A DNA stretch of 64,000 bases from Heterodontus francisci (Eukaryota): NCBI RefSeq assembly GCF_036365525.1, contig NC_090404.1, positions 20,715,134-20,779,133 on the forward strand, read 5' to 3'. Under the pieces are notes generated by a model. The model saw only the letters and a list, made by a program, of their open reading frames with translations. It did no database searches and was not told where the DNA came from. The position numbers and the translations under genes were made by a program. This document shows positions 22,855 through 36,083 of the stretch, piece after piece (position 1 is the first letter of the stretch; every line of letters begins with the position of its first letter).

Positions 22855-25330
22855 AGAGTCACAGAGTAATAGAGTCATTTACAGCATAGAATGAGGCTTT
22901 TAGGTCCAAAGAGTCAGGGATGGTTCTCCGCAGAGCAAATTAGTCAGTCCCGCTCCCCCGTTTGATCTCTGTAGCTCTGCAGTTTTTTCTTTTTCATTCA
23001 GGGTGCCCATCCAATATCCTTTTGAAATCGTTTATCGTCTCCACTTGCACCAACCTCATGGGCAGCTAGTTCCAAGTTATTACCACTCGCTGCATTAAAA
23101 AAAAGTTTTTTCCTCACATTCCCCCCGAATCTTTTTTCCCAAAACCTTCAATCTGTGTCCCTTAGTCCTTGTACCATTAGTTAATGGGAACAGTTTTTTT
23201 TGTCTAAATAATCTAAGCCTGTCCTCATCTTGTACATCTTTATCAAATTTCCTCTCACTCTCCTTTGCTCCAGGCAGAACAACCCCAACGTTCCCAACCT
23301 AATCTTGTAACAAAAATCCACCATGCCTGGAACCATTCTGATAATTCTCCTCTGCACCATCCCAAGGGCCCTCACATCATGTGGTGATCAGAATTGGATG
23401 CAATACTCTTGATGGGGCCTAGTCAACGCTTATAATGTTTCAGCTTAACTGCCCTGCTTTTGTACTCCATACCTATATTCATGATATCCATGTAGAAGCA
23501 GTCCGTGTAGAAATGCAGCAAGACCTGGACAATATCCAGGCTTGGGCTGATAAGTGGCAAGTAACATTTGCGCCACACAAGTGCCAGGCAATGACCATCT
23601 CCAACAAGAGAGAATCTAACCATCTCCCCTTGACATTCAATGGCATCACCATTGCTTGAATCCCCCACTATCAACATCCTAGGGGCTACCATTGACCAGA
23701 AACTGAAGTGGAGTTGCTATATAAATACCGTGGCTACAAGAGCAGGTCAGAGGCTAGGAATCCTGAGGTGAGTAACTCACCTCCTGACTCCCCAAACCCT
23801 GTCTACCATCTACAAGGCACAAGTCAGGAGTGTGATGGAATACTCTGCACTTGCCTGGATGGGTGCAACTCCAACAACACTCAAGAAGCTCGACACCATC
23901 CAGAACAAAGCAGCCCGCTTGATTGGCACACCATCCACAAAAAACATTTCACTTCCTCCACCACCGACACACAGTGGCAACAGTGTGTACCATCTACAAG
24001 ATGCACTGCAGCAACGCACCAAGGCTTCTTCGACAGCACCTTCCAAACCTGCGACCTCTACCACCTCGAAGGACAAGAGCAGCAGATGCATAGGAACATC
24101 ACCACCTGCAAGTTCCCATCCAAGTCACACATCATCCTGACTTGGAACTATATCTTCGTTCCTTCACTGTCGCTGGGTCAAAGTCCTGGAATTCCCTTCC
24201 TAACAGCACAGTGGGTGTACCTACCCCACATGGACTGCAGCGGTTCAAGAAGGCAGTTCACCATCACCTTCTCAAGGGCAATTAGGGATGGGCAATAAAT
24301 GCTGGCACAGCCAGTGATGCCCACATCCCAGGAATGAATATAAAAAAATGAAGTGCAAGATCTGATATGATTTGCTAACCACTCACTCAATGTGTCCTGC
24401 CACGTTCAAAGAACGGTCCACATGTACCCCAGGTCCTTCTGTTCCAGCATACTCCTTAGAAGTGTACCATTGAATCTATATTGCCTCACCCTATCCCTTC
24501 TGCCAAAATGCACAATCTCACACTTGTCTGTGTTAAATTCCATCTGCCACTTCTGCCCATTCTGCAAGCCTATGTTCTGTTACAGGCAATTTGTATCATC
24601 CTCACTGTTTGCCTTTCCTCTAAGTTTGGTCTCATCGGCAAATGTTGAAATTCTGCACTGTATTCCAAGATCCAAGTTATTTATATAAAGCAAAAAAAAA
24701 AGTGGTCCTAGCAATGACCCTTGGGGAACACGACTGTCTAACATCTGCCAGTCTGAAAAACAACGTTTTATCACACCTCGCTGTTTTCTGTTCTTAAGCC
24801 ATTTTTATCCACGTATATACTGTTCATCCTGTTCCATGAGTCCTAATTTTGTTAGCCAGCCTTTTATTTTGTTCTTTATCAAACGCTTCCTTAAAAAACA
24901 TATAGAAATTATAGGGGATATGAGGAAAAACCTTTTCACCAAGAGGGTGGTGATGGTCTGGAAATCACTGTCTGAAAGGATAGTTGAGGCAGAGACCCTC
25001 AATTCATTCAAAGGGAGTCTGGGCATGCACCTCAAGTGCCGTAAGCTGTAGGGTTACGGACCAAATGTTGAAAGGTGGGATTAGAATAGGTGGATCGTTT
25101 TTTTTGGCCGGCACAGACACGATGGGCCAAGTGGCTTCTTTCTGTGCCTTAAACTTTCTATTATTCTATGAAAACATCCGGCCGAAGGTCCTGTTTCAGT
25201 GCTGTATCTCTAAACTAAACTAAACTAAACATTCCCCTCAATAACCTTCTCTGTTACTTTATCAAGAATTCAATTAGATTAGTCATTATGATTTGCCTTT
25301 TACAAATCCGTGCTGGCTATCCTGAATTTA
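22855..25330 (-). mobile_element. Degenerate CR1 with nested insertions
   Basis: VQRRIIRMVPG, SRVPQGSLLGPL and FADETKL on the minus strand; inverted paralog of 17335-18640. Confidence 0.8.
23490..24348 (+). mobile_element. Second CR1/L2-group LINE family, 3' part
   Basis: QQDLDNIQAWADKWQVTFAPHKCQ; tail AGGGCAATTAGGGATGGGCAATAAATGCTGG...A-rich. Confidence 0.85.
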
Positions 25331-25927
25331 ATTGCCCAGGCCAGTTGGAAAATCATCATCGTAGTTACACTTGAGAGAGACCGTTCACCTGCTCCATATG
25401 TTGGAAAGGATTCAACCGGTCCCTTCCTCTGTTCAAAAGGGAGAGAAGATATTGAAATTTTCCCTGGATGGGGTCGTATTCAGTCATTCATATCAATTTC
25501 TGACACGCCATTGATTTTACATGCGACTGCAATTGCGTGAACGGCATGCTGATCTGCTTCAAGTTCTGGATAACTGTCAAATAAAGCAAATTGCTTATCG
25601 GTCAGGTTCAACCATGGCACTTAAAGGCCGAACTCGTGATTGATAAAAGTTTAGCATAACTTCCTTGTTCTTGTACTCACAATTAGTGCCTTCTTTCTTT
25701 GCTAATAACTCTTCATTTTCCCCTCCCCCTGCAAATCTCCCCTGACAAATATTACATTTTTTTCGATATTCATACTGTCTCTCCGCATCTCTTATATCCT
25801 TTTTACCTTTCCACTATACGTTTTTATAGTCAGACTGATTCTTGCTTGTATTACCAGATGACAGTTTTCCTATGCCTCCTTTAACTGCCTCATTCTGCTT
25901 TACAAAACCTTTATTCACACCTTCACG

Positions 25928-26310
25928 GGGCGGTGGTGGCGTAGTGGTAATGTCACTGAACTAGTAATCCCCAGGCCCCAGCTAATACTTTGGGGTCATG
26001 GGTTCAAATGCCCCCATGGTAATATTTGAATTCAATTAATAAATCTAAAATTAAATAAAAATTAGTCTAATGGTGACCATGAAACCATTGTCGATTGCTG
26101 TAAGGCCCCTTCTGGTTTATTAGCGTCCTCTGGGCAAGGAAATCTGCTGTCCTTACCTGGTCTGGCCTATATGTGACGCCAGAACTGCAGTAATGTGGTT
26201 GACTCATAAATGGCCGAGCAAATCATTCAGTTTCTTAAGGGCAATTGGGGATGGGCAATAAATGCTGACCTATCCAGAGATGCCTACATCCCATGAATGA
26301 ATAAAAAAAA
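25928..26310 (+). mobile_element. tRNA-derived SINE sharing its 3' tail with the second LINE family
   Basis: A-box TGGCGTAGTGG, B-box GGGTTCAAAT, and tail AGGGCAATTGGGGATGGGCAATAAATGCTG...poly-A. Confidence 0.78.
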
Positions 26311-26854
26311 ATTCATTGAACTCTGACTTGGGTTGTCCTCACTTTCTCCCTTGTGAGTGTGTTCCTACACTGTGCCCGAACAACCCCCTCTTTGATGCCA
26401 TTCATTTCTTCATTACATTTCTGGCTACCAGTCTTTAACTCCAATTTGCCAGCGCCAGTTTCCTCCTCAGTCTGCTGGGGCCTTGGGATTACTAGTCTAA
26501 TGATATTACCACTACACCACCACCTCTCCGTAAAGGTGTGAATGAAGGTGTTGTTAAGCAGGATGAGGCAGATAAAGGAGGCATATGAAAAATGTCATTT
26601 GATAACACATGAAGGATCAGTCTGAATGTAAAAACGTACAGAGAAAAGGTGAAAAGGATATAAGATATATGGAGAGGCAGTACGAATATTGAAAACAAAA
26701 TTGAAGATTTGTCCTCCTACAGCTAAGTATTTTTCATCAAAATTGTTCCTTTTCCTTCTGCATAACTGATCTAAACATTAAAAGATTATAATCACCATTC
26801 CTGAGTTACTTCCCGACCATGTAATTCCCGAGGGCTAGATCCAGCAATGCCTCC

Positions 26855-28025
26855 ACAGTGAATGTAAACAGTGCTCAACTGGACCAGTGCACACTGAGTG
26901 CAACGTGCTTAACTGGACTTTTTCAGACCGAATGTCATCTCAGCTAACTGAACCTGTGCACACTGAAGGTAACCATGCTCATTGGACCTCATCACTGTAA
27001 ATGTAACTGTCCAAAACTGGACGTTTCTAAATAAATACAACCCTGCTGAACTGGAGCCACCCAGCCTGTAAGAAACCGTGTAGAACTGGACCTGCATACA
27101 CTGAATGTAACATAGCTGAACTAGCCATCTGCACACTAAATATAGCTGCACTGACCTGGGCAAGTTCACATTGGCAGTAACAATGTTGAATTTGTCCTGT
27201 CCATATCGAATGTAACTATACTGAAATGAAGCATACACAACAGAAATCAGCAATGCAGGACTGGACCTATCCACTCTGAACAGAAGTGGGCTGAACTGGA
27301 AGTCTTCACACTGAATATCAGCATGCAGAACTGGACCAATGGACTTTAAATACAACCGTTCTCACTCGACTGGTCTCCATCGAAGGCAACCATACTGAAT
27401 TGACCAGTTAACATTGAATGCAACCGTGTTGAACTGGACTTTCCCAAACTGGAAATTAGTGTGCCAACTGGATTTATGCAACTGGGCTCATCCCGTCAAA
27501 ACTGAGACTAATAGTGCTGAACTAAATATATGCACCGTGAATGCTACAAGCTGAACTGAACCTATGCACCCTGAATATAACGAGCTGAACCAGACCTGTG
27601 CACACTGAATAGAGCCACGCTGAACAGGAGCAGAATACACTAAATGTAACGGTGCTGATCTGGACTTCTCCACGCTGCACAAAACTGCGCCAATCAGAAT
27701 CAGTCCATGTAAATTTAACTCTGCTCAATTGAAATAAAAGCAAAATACTGCAGATGCTGGAAATCTGAAATAAAAACAGAAAGTGCTGGAAATACTCAGC
27801 AGGTCAGGCAGCATCTGTGGAGTGAGAAGAAAGTTAGCGTTTCAGGTCTGTGACATTTTATCAGAACTGGTGTTTATGAAAGGTCACAGGCCTGAAACGT
27901 TACCTCTACTTCTCTCTCCACAGCTGCTGAGTTTTTCCAGCAATTTCTGCTTTTATTTCTTCTCAACTGAAACATTGACAATCAATAATAAATGCAACCG
28001 TGCTGAACAGGAGATTTCCACACAG
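26855..28025. repeat. Diverged ~35-bp tandem array upstream of GPCR gene 2
   Basis: Same unit as 469-1310; interrupted at 27732-27958. Confidence 0.8.
27732..27958. mobile_element. Palindromic insertion made of two inverted Penelope-like termini
   Basis: The left arm is the reverse complement of the right arm (family of 47218-47356); flanked by CTCAATTGAA and CTCAACTGAA. Confidence 0.7.
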
Positions 28026-28300
28026 TGCTAAAGAGGGTGCAAAGTCTCAGAGGAATTTGGAGTGAAGTGCATGCCAGAGACTCGAGCTGAATAATCAGTA
28101 AGTGCCAGAAAGTGGCTGCAGTTTCATTCAGGGCCAAATTATCAATGAACAGTTATACCTTGTGGTGAGGTCACTTAATTTAGTATTAAAGGATTTAAAA
28201 CTGGCAACTCTTCGTGCACAAGCTTCACTTACACCATTGCAACCGCCTATTCAGCTTTACATTACCTTCATAAGTAAATGTAACGAGTATTACACTGTAG

Positions 28301-28478
28301 TCTCTGGGTATTTCACAATAGAGCTGTGTCAGAGCCCTTGAAAAATATTCCATTCCATCAAAACATCAACATGAGATTGGCAGCAGCTTCACTAATCTGT
28401 TTGCTTCAATTAGTGCAGATAATGTAAAAGATCAAGCCATCTAATTATTTCCCTCGAGCCTGACATCAGGTATAAATA
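28301..28478 (+). promoter_or_regulatory. Putative proximal promoter of GPCR gene 2
   Basis: TATAAATA at 28471-28478; CTAATTATTTCCCTCGAG at 28441-28458; TGACA at 28461; CAATTAG at 28407; collinear with the gene 1 promoter. Confidence 0.65.
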
Positions 28479-28527
28479 TGTCAATCTTCCAGTACAGCAC
28501 AGAACAAGCTCAGAGCTTCTGATAGAA

Positions 28528-28597
28528 ATGCACGTATCACCAACCGGCCTGGTGTTTGCCATTTACTATCCTGTCCTTGCGGCTATCGGGGTTCCAG
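28528..28597 (+). CDS. GPR139/GPR142-like GPCR gene 2, coding exon 1
   Basis: MHVSPTGLVFAIYYPVLAAIGVP followed by a G|GTAAAG donor; 70 bp, as in gene 1. Confidence 0.9.
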
Positions 28598-28669
28598 GTA
28601 AAGTATTGCACTTCGTTATTAATTATGGAATCATTGATTTGCTCTTATTTGCCAGAAGCACTTCTCCAT

Positions 28670-28927
28670 GGTACTAATATATTTTCTCCCCTTTATCAGG
28701 ATAATTTCTTCCCCTTATCAGGAAGATTTTTTTCCTTCTAACTGGTAGAATTTCTCCTCTTTAACGGTGCCATTTCTTCCATTTACTGGCATAATTCCTT
28801 CACATCACCAGTAAATTTTCTCTCCTTTACTGTAATCTTTTCCCCTCAAACAATATAATTTATCCTCTTTAAAAATGTAATTTAATCTCTATAAGTGTAT
28901 AATTTCTCAATTTACTTGTACAATTTC
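28670..28927. repeat. ~22-bp AT-rich tandem array in gene 2 intron
   Basis: Repeating AATTTCTYCYCTTTAAC-like units. Confidence 0.6.
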
Positions 28928-28929
28928 AG

Positions 28930-29300
28930 GTTGTAAATGTAGTTCGACAGTGTTATTGGCGCTGTTACTGTGGGTGAATTATCACACTTTTATCACTGTG
29001 CATATGCAATTCTATTGGAATATTGATAGGTACCGGTGGCGAATTGTCAGACTGTTCTCATGGTGTAAATGTAGTTCTATCGTGCTCGTACAATGTAACC
29101 CGTGGGTCAATTATCATACTCTTATCACAGTGTGAATGTAGTGCTATTGGTTTACTGACACTGTTATTGTGGGTGAATTATCGCACTGTTATCACAATGT
29201 AAATGTAGTTGTATTCTGTTATTGACACAGTCATGGTGGATAAATTATCACACTGTTATCAGCATGTTCATGGAGATCTATTCTATCATTGATAATGACA
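28930..29300. repeat. ~67-bp tandem array in gene 2 intron
   Basis: About five units with the CTGTTACTGTGGGTGAATTATCACAC core. Confidence 0.8.
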
Positions 29301-30477
29301 GTAGTTGTCTGATTTCCGTAAATGATTCATTGATTGAAATTATTCAGCAATTAAATAATTCCCGACTAACTTTAATGAATGGCTTTAATAAAGGGATATT
29401 TTGAGTCATCGAGCTGTAGACTGAAATATAAGCAATGGAATTATCCTAAACTCATTGAGTGCAGTGTTTCTGCTCTCAGTGTCTAACTCTCACTGGTTTA
29501 GCCCGGCAACCCTGTTACCATATTAGATGTTGCTGAATTTCTACAATCAGTCCGGATGTTCCTTCTTCTCCTCGCACCTGGCATTGCTCCACACTGTTAC
29601 CATCTTCACTCTTCTCTCTGCATGCCCTCCACAAAACGCTAATTGCCCATTTGTTTCACTCTATTTGAGCATCTTTTTGAACAAGTTGACAGTAGAATTT
29701 CCCAACAGTGAATAATTTTCTGTAATTCATCAGATAAGAGCATTTTAATTCCTCGGCCGGATACAATCTGTTTTAAGTACAAGATGTTTCCTACTTTCCT
29801 GTGACTTTCCACATTTATCACGGGTTGTTGTATTGTTTACCCTCTTGAATATCTTCTGTAATATGTTAGTGACGTTAACTTCCTTGTTTACTCTATGTGA
29901 CCACGTTGGTTTCAACGTGTTTCAATGCCTTCTTGCTCTCCATTACGTTTTGTTGCACTATTTTAGATTCCAATGTTATTGACCTAAATCCAGATTTTTA
30001 AAAATCCAGATGATTATTTTAAACAAATAACGCGGAATGACATAAGGAAAAGGTTCTTCATGCAGCAATTTCTAAAGGTCTGGAATGCGCTGCCTGAGAA
30101 TGTGGTGGAGGCAGGTTCAATTGAAGCATTCAAAAGGGAATTAGTCATATGAAATGGAACAGAGTGCACGGTTACGGGGAGAAGGCAGGGAGAATGGAAC
30201 TGAGGGAGTTGTTCTTCCAGAGAGCCAGTGCAGACATGATGGGCTGAATGGCCTCCTTCTGCACTGTAACAGTTCTGTGTTTCTGTGATAATGAAGTTCC
30301 CATCGCATAAGTGATGGTTTCCAACTCAGGAACACGGTTAAAAGGTACATTTATTTTACAGATTCCTCTAAAATGGATGGTTTTGCTAGGAGTCAGATCA
30401 GTAAGTTTCCTCTTCTATCTCTTACAAAAAGTTTTCCTCTTTCTCACGGTCTCTCTCTCTCTCTCTCACTGTTGCAG

Positions 30478-31388
30478 CTAACTTGGCAGTGATTGTGATC
30501 CTGTCCCGAGGAAGATGTGGTCTCTCCAGATGTATCACTTACTACTTGGTCTCCATGGCGGTGACGGATCTCCTGGTCATTATCACCGCTGTGATATTCA
30601 ACCGGATTTCTGGTATTTATTTCCCATATAGTTTCCTGTCCGTCACACTAATATGTACGCTCCGTACAATGCTAAACTATGCAGCCGTTGATAGTTCTGT
30701 CTGGTTAACGGTCACTTTCACCTTTGATCGGTTTATGGCCATTTGTTGTCAGAAGCTGAAAATAAAATATTGCACCGAGAAGACGGCAGGTTGGGTTATA
30801 GGAACTGTGTGCGCGCTGAGCTGTTTAAAAAATACCTTCTTGTATTTTATATATGAACCATTGTACATAATTAACAATATGCCATATTTCTGTGGCATAA
30901 AATTAATATTTTATACGTCACCTGCATGGATTGCATATGACTGGATTCATCACATTTTAACCCCTTGCCTCCCATTCATTCTGATTTTACTGCTCAATGC
31001 TCTGACTGTCATACACATTCTGACCGCCAGTAAAGGCCGCAGGAGACTCCGGGCCCACAGCAATGGAAAGGCCCACAGCGACCCCGAAATGGAGAAGCGG
31101 AAAAAGTCCATTGTTTTACTCTTCTGTGTCTCTGGCAGTTTCATCCTGTTATATTTTCTAGATCTTATAGCTTTCCTCTATGTCCGAATTACAAGCGTTA
31201 CATATTTCTCAGGTTCTAATTTCAATCAATCAAATTTTATTCTGGAGGAAAGCGCATTTATGCTTCAGCTTTTGAGTTCCTGCATCAACCCCTTTATTTA
31301 CGCAGGAACCCAGAGTAAATTCCGAGACGAGTTAAAGAATGGAATGAAATATCCAGTGAGTCTAATTGTTAAATTAGTTAAAGGATGA
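30478..31388 (+). CDS. GPR139/GPR142-like GPCR gene 2, coding exon 2 (spliced product 326 aa)
   Basis: (CT)n tract and TTGCAG acceptor at 30477; SVWLTVTFTFDRFMAIC and NPFIY; intact frame. Confidence 0.92.
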
Positions 31389-31906
31389 AAATAATAAAAT
31401 CCAACATGAATTGCACGTTATATTTCGCCCTTTGTTCTTTTTGCCCATGTGCCCCATGGTCTCTGCTCCCATATTCACAGTCACTCGCTTTGGGATCCTT
31501 ACACGCTGTGTAAATTTAGGAATGTACAGGGAACACCACATCACATACGAAAAAACAAGTTAGGAGCAGGAGTAGGCCCCTCGGCCCCTCGAGCCTGCTC
31601 CACCATTCAATACGTTCATGGCTGTACTGATTATTGAACATTCCTGCCTACCCCCGATAACCTTTCAACACCGTGCTTATCAAGAATCTAACTACCATTG
31701 CCTTAAAAATATTCAAAGATTCTGCTTCCACCGGATTTTTATGAAGAGAGTTCCAAAGACCCATGACCATCTGAGAGAAAATCAATCTCCTCATCTCTGT
31801 CTTAAATGGGCGACCCCTTATTTTTAAGCAGTGACCCCTAGTTCCAGATTCCGACAAGGGAAAACATCCTGTCCAAATCCACCCTGTCAAGCCGTTCAGG
31901 ATCTCA

Positions 31907-34900
31907 TATCACAATCCTGTTTATTTTTCTCGGGAAATATTGCAGTGCACCTTTAAAGTGTCAATAGATCGGTGCATCCTTGAAAGATCTCTTCAGAAGC
32001 TCAGTGAGCCAAGATGCATTCTGGTTGCTAAGTTACAGCCATGCAGTGAGAGAGAACAGACATTCAATGTATCAATTTTGACTTTGAAATTGGCTGACAA
32101 AACTGGTTTTTGAGACATACAGAGACAGGTTGTTCCAGCACGTGAAGGAAGAAAGGCGAGCTCTCTAAGTCAATTTGTGTAATTTCTCTCTCAAAATTCT
32201 AAAAAACTTCAAGACAGATTAATTCGTTAAAGAAATAGCAAATTATTGGGCAGCAGTGTTCATCGCTGGAAAAATCCGAAGAGTTTAATACTTCAACTGC
32301 TGGACTGAACTGTTGAACCACTATCTCTGGAAGGACCCTTTTCTCATCGGACCTTGGAAGACTGCAAGTGAACTTGGACTGTGTTGAATTAGAAGACTGT
32401 TGATCAGAAGCATAATCTGCAAAGACCTTATTGTTTTTTTTTCCAGCAGCTAATTAAAAACCAAACCACTGTTAGTTTAACCATATGTATGCAAATGCAG
32501 GAGTTAGTTTTTAAAAAAGATGTTATAAGGTCTTTAGCTATTGATTTATCTTAGTAGTGCTTAAGATTTTAGTTCGTTTATAATGAATAGGTAATTTGTT
32601 GATATCTAAAGATACATGGTTTGGTATGTTTCATTCGGGGATTACTAGATTGATTCAACTTGGCTGCTGCTTTCTACGATTCGGAAAATTTCAAGCTATA
32701 TAAAGTGATCTGTGGAGCGATGGTACTGAGTTAACAGTGCGTTGCTCCCACCACAATCAGAATCATATATTTTGATTGGTGTCTATGTCCTGAGCAGTCG
32801 GAACACATGTATTAATTGGGGGGTCATCCGTGGTCGAATCATATCGAATTAAGTGGCTCATGTCTGGGATCAGAATCAGACTAATTTGGAGAGCTCGTGT
32901 TTGGAATCATATTGATTGCTCATGTCTGGATTTACATTTGGCTCTTGCATCTGGCATCATATTAGTTGGAAACTCGATTACTGGGATCTAAATCTAACAT
33001 CAATTGCGAAGGAATAAAAGGAACCTGGTCTCTTGTATAATAAGGTACGGTCTACACCATAGTAATGGCATTAGCTGTTGAAGCAGAGTTTTTGGGAAAG
33101 CAGAGTGTTTCCCTCAGTGACTTGATAACTTTAACTAAGAACAAATTAAAAGAACTGGCGGCATAATTGTGGTTAGAATTGAAATCAGGTGCCAAAAAAG
33201 CAGAGAAAGCTCACATAATAGCTGAACATGTGGAATTAGAAGAAGAAGAAGAAGAAGATGATGAAGAAGGAGGAGGGGACTACGAGGAACAAAAAAGTAG
33301 TAGGTCAGAGAGTGACGCAGTGGTGTTGGTTAGGACTCAGTTAGAAACAAAAGAACTTGAATTGAAAAAAGAGAAAGGGGAGAAAGAAAAGGCAAATAAG
33401 AAGAAGAAAACTTGAACTGGAGGAAAGGGAGAGAGAGCATTTCAGAGAGTAAGTGAAAGAGAAGAGAGGGAATTTAAGTTAAAAGAGATGGAACTCAGAC
33501 AAAATGGTAGTCTTAAATCTGGGAATAATTCGGGTCAGAAAGAATCTGAATTCAGCACAGAACCCAGTGAGAAGTCGTTAAATTTATATAGGATCTTTCT
33601 ACGTTCGAGGAAAGGGACGTAGAGGCATATTTCAAGCAGATGAAGTGGCCAAAGGAAAGCGGGACACTGCTTCTGCAAAGAAGATTGGTAGGCATATTGC
33701 CTAAACTTGGTCGGTCGGCTTAAGCTTGCACAGACATTAGAAAAGTCACTGCGGTAACAAAGGCAGACTCCTACCCAAATACTCATTTAAAGGTCTGTAT
33801 GGACGGAGTGGGCAACAGCATGTGCTTTAAAGAGACCAAGGTGTTGGAGGAATACTGTCCAGTTCCTTTGACACCCCAAGATAAGGAAAAGTCAGCTTCT
33901 GTTACACCGGACAGGGTTTTCCATTATTAAGTGATGCCACATACGTTAAGGGGTACTCGAGAAACTTTTCAGAGAACAGTGAACCCAATAGTAGCCAGTG
34001 TTCCTAGCTGTACAGTTCACCTGTCTGAGGTGATGGGCAATAGGGACAATAGAGACACTTGGAAGGAAAACACGAAACAACTGGGGGATTATGTTTGGAA
34101 GGTTGAAAAGGGCTAATTGGGACTACCTTTGTAAAATTTAAAGCCAAAAATGTTTTGATGGAAATTGTTGTAGTCCAATCATTTTTGAAAAATTCTTTAT
34201 ATATATATATATATGCATTGCAATGAAATACATTTCAGGAATGGCGTTACATTTCGCCAGGGGCAAAGGTGTCACAATCCTGCTTTTTTTCCCCCTGGGA
34301 AATATTGCTGTGTGCCTTTAAGAGTGTAAAAAGATCAGTGCATCTTTAAGAGATCTCTTCAGAAACTCAGTGAGTTTAAAGTGCATTCTGGTTGCTAAGT
34401 TGCAGCCACACAAAGAGAGAGAACAGACATACAATGTTTCAATTTTGACTTTGAAACCGGCTGGCAAAAACTGCTTTTGCAGAGACACAGGCTGTCCCAG
34501 CAGGTGAAGGAAGAAAGGAGAAGTCTCTAAGTCAATTTGTACAGATTTTTCTCTCAAAATTCTAAAAAGCTTCAAGACAGATTAATTTCTTAAGGAAATA
34601 ACAAATTATTGATCTGCTGTGTTCATCGCTGGAAAAAAGAGTTTAATACAACAACTGCTGGACTGAACTGTTGAAGCCCTATCTCTGGAAGAACCCTTTT
34701 CCCATCAGTCTTTGGAAGACTGCAAGTGAACTTGGACTGTGTTGAATTAGAAGACCATTCATTGGAAGAATAATCTGCAAAGACTTTATTGTTTTGTTCT
34801 ATTTTTTTTCGGGCAGCTCATCAAAAATCAAACTACTGCTCATTTGAGTATATGTATGTGAATGTGGGAGTTAGTTTAAAAAAAATAGAAGTTATAAGGT

Positions 34901-35161
34901 TTTTAGATATTGGTTTATCTTAGTAGTGTTTAAGATTTTAGTTTTTTAATAAATAGTTAATTTATTGATATGGAAAGATACCTGTTTTGGTTCGCTTCAT
35001 TCAGAGGTTACTAGATTGATTCAATTCGGCTGCTGCTTTCTTCGATTTGGAAAGCTTAAAGATATATAATGTGACCTGTGGATGAATTGACAGTGCGTTG
35101 CTCTCACTGCAGTCAGAATCATATATTTTGACTGAGGAATTTGTCTTGAGCGCTCATTACA
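31907..35161 (+). mobile_element. Internally deleted Gypsy-type LTR retrotransposon
   Basis: LTRs at 31907-32805 and 34270-35161 (TGTCACAATCC...ACA); 4-bp TSD CTCA/CTTA; gag start MALAVEAEFLG at 33065; RT remnant VPLTPQDKEKSASVTP...VMP...ETFQR; purine tract before the 3' LTR. Confidence 0.88.
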
Positions 35162-35876
35162 CTTATATGTTTCAATCAAATCGCCTTCTTAATCTTCTAA
35201 ATTCCAGCAGATATAAGCCTAGCCTGCCCAATCCTTCCTCATTAAAAAGCCCGCCCATTCCAGGTATTCGTCTAGTAAACCTTCTCTGAACTACTTTCAA
35301 CACATATACATCCTTCCTTAAATAAGGGGATGTAGTCTCACCAATGCCTTGTATAGCTGGAGCATAACGTCCCTGCTTTTGTATGGAATACCCCTCGCAA
35401 TAAACGATAAGATTCGATTAGCTTTCCTAATTACATGCTTTGCCGGCATACTAACTTTTTGTCTTTCGTACACTAAGATACCCACATCCCTCTGCATCTC
35501 AGAGCTCTGCAATCTCTCACCATCTAGATAATAGCTTTTTTATGCTTCCTGCTAAAATGGACAATTTCACATTTTTCCACATTATACTCCATTTGCCAGA
35601 TCTTTGCCCACTCACTTAACATATCTATATCTCTTTGCAGCTTCCTTACGTCCTCTTCACAACTTACTCTCAAACCTATCTTTGTGTCATCACCAAATTT
35701 AGCAACCATACCTTCGGTCCCTTCATCCAAGTCATTTATATAAAGTGTGCAAAGTTGAGGCCCCAGCACAGATCCCAGTGGCACACCGCTCGTTACATCT
35801 TGCCAAATGGAAAATGACCCATTTAACTGAAGAGGGTTCTGAAGAAGGGTCACTGACCTGAAACGTTAAAAGTTGA

Positions 35877-36083
35877 CCAAAAGCCTTGCAGGTTGATAGG
35901 TAAATTGGCCATTATAAATTGCCCCTAGTATAGGTAGGTGGTAGGGGAATAGAGGGACAGGTGGGGATGTGGTAGGAATGTAGGATTAGTATAAATGTGT
36001 GGTTGATGGTCGGCACAGACTCGGTGGGCCGAAGGGCCTGTTTCAGTGCTGTATCTCTAAATAAAATAAATAAATAAATAAAA
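35877..36083 (+). mobile_element. 5'-truncated HE1-like SINE inserted in a Penelope-like end (35833-36188)
   Basis: SINE body with a (TAAA)n tail splits GAAACGTTAA|CTCTGCTT. Confidence 0.78.

Noticed and set aside
33167-33415. Acidic poly-Glu ORF as a host gene
   Set aside because: Part of a decayed gag between two LTRs; the (GAA)n microsatellite explains the Glu run.
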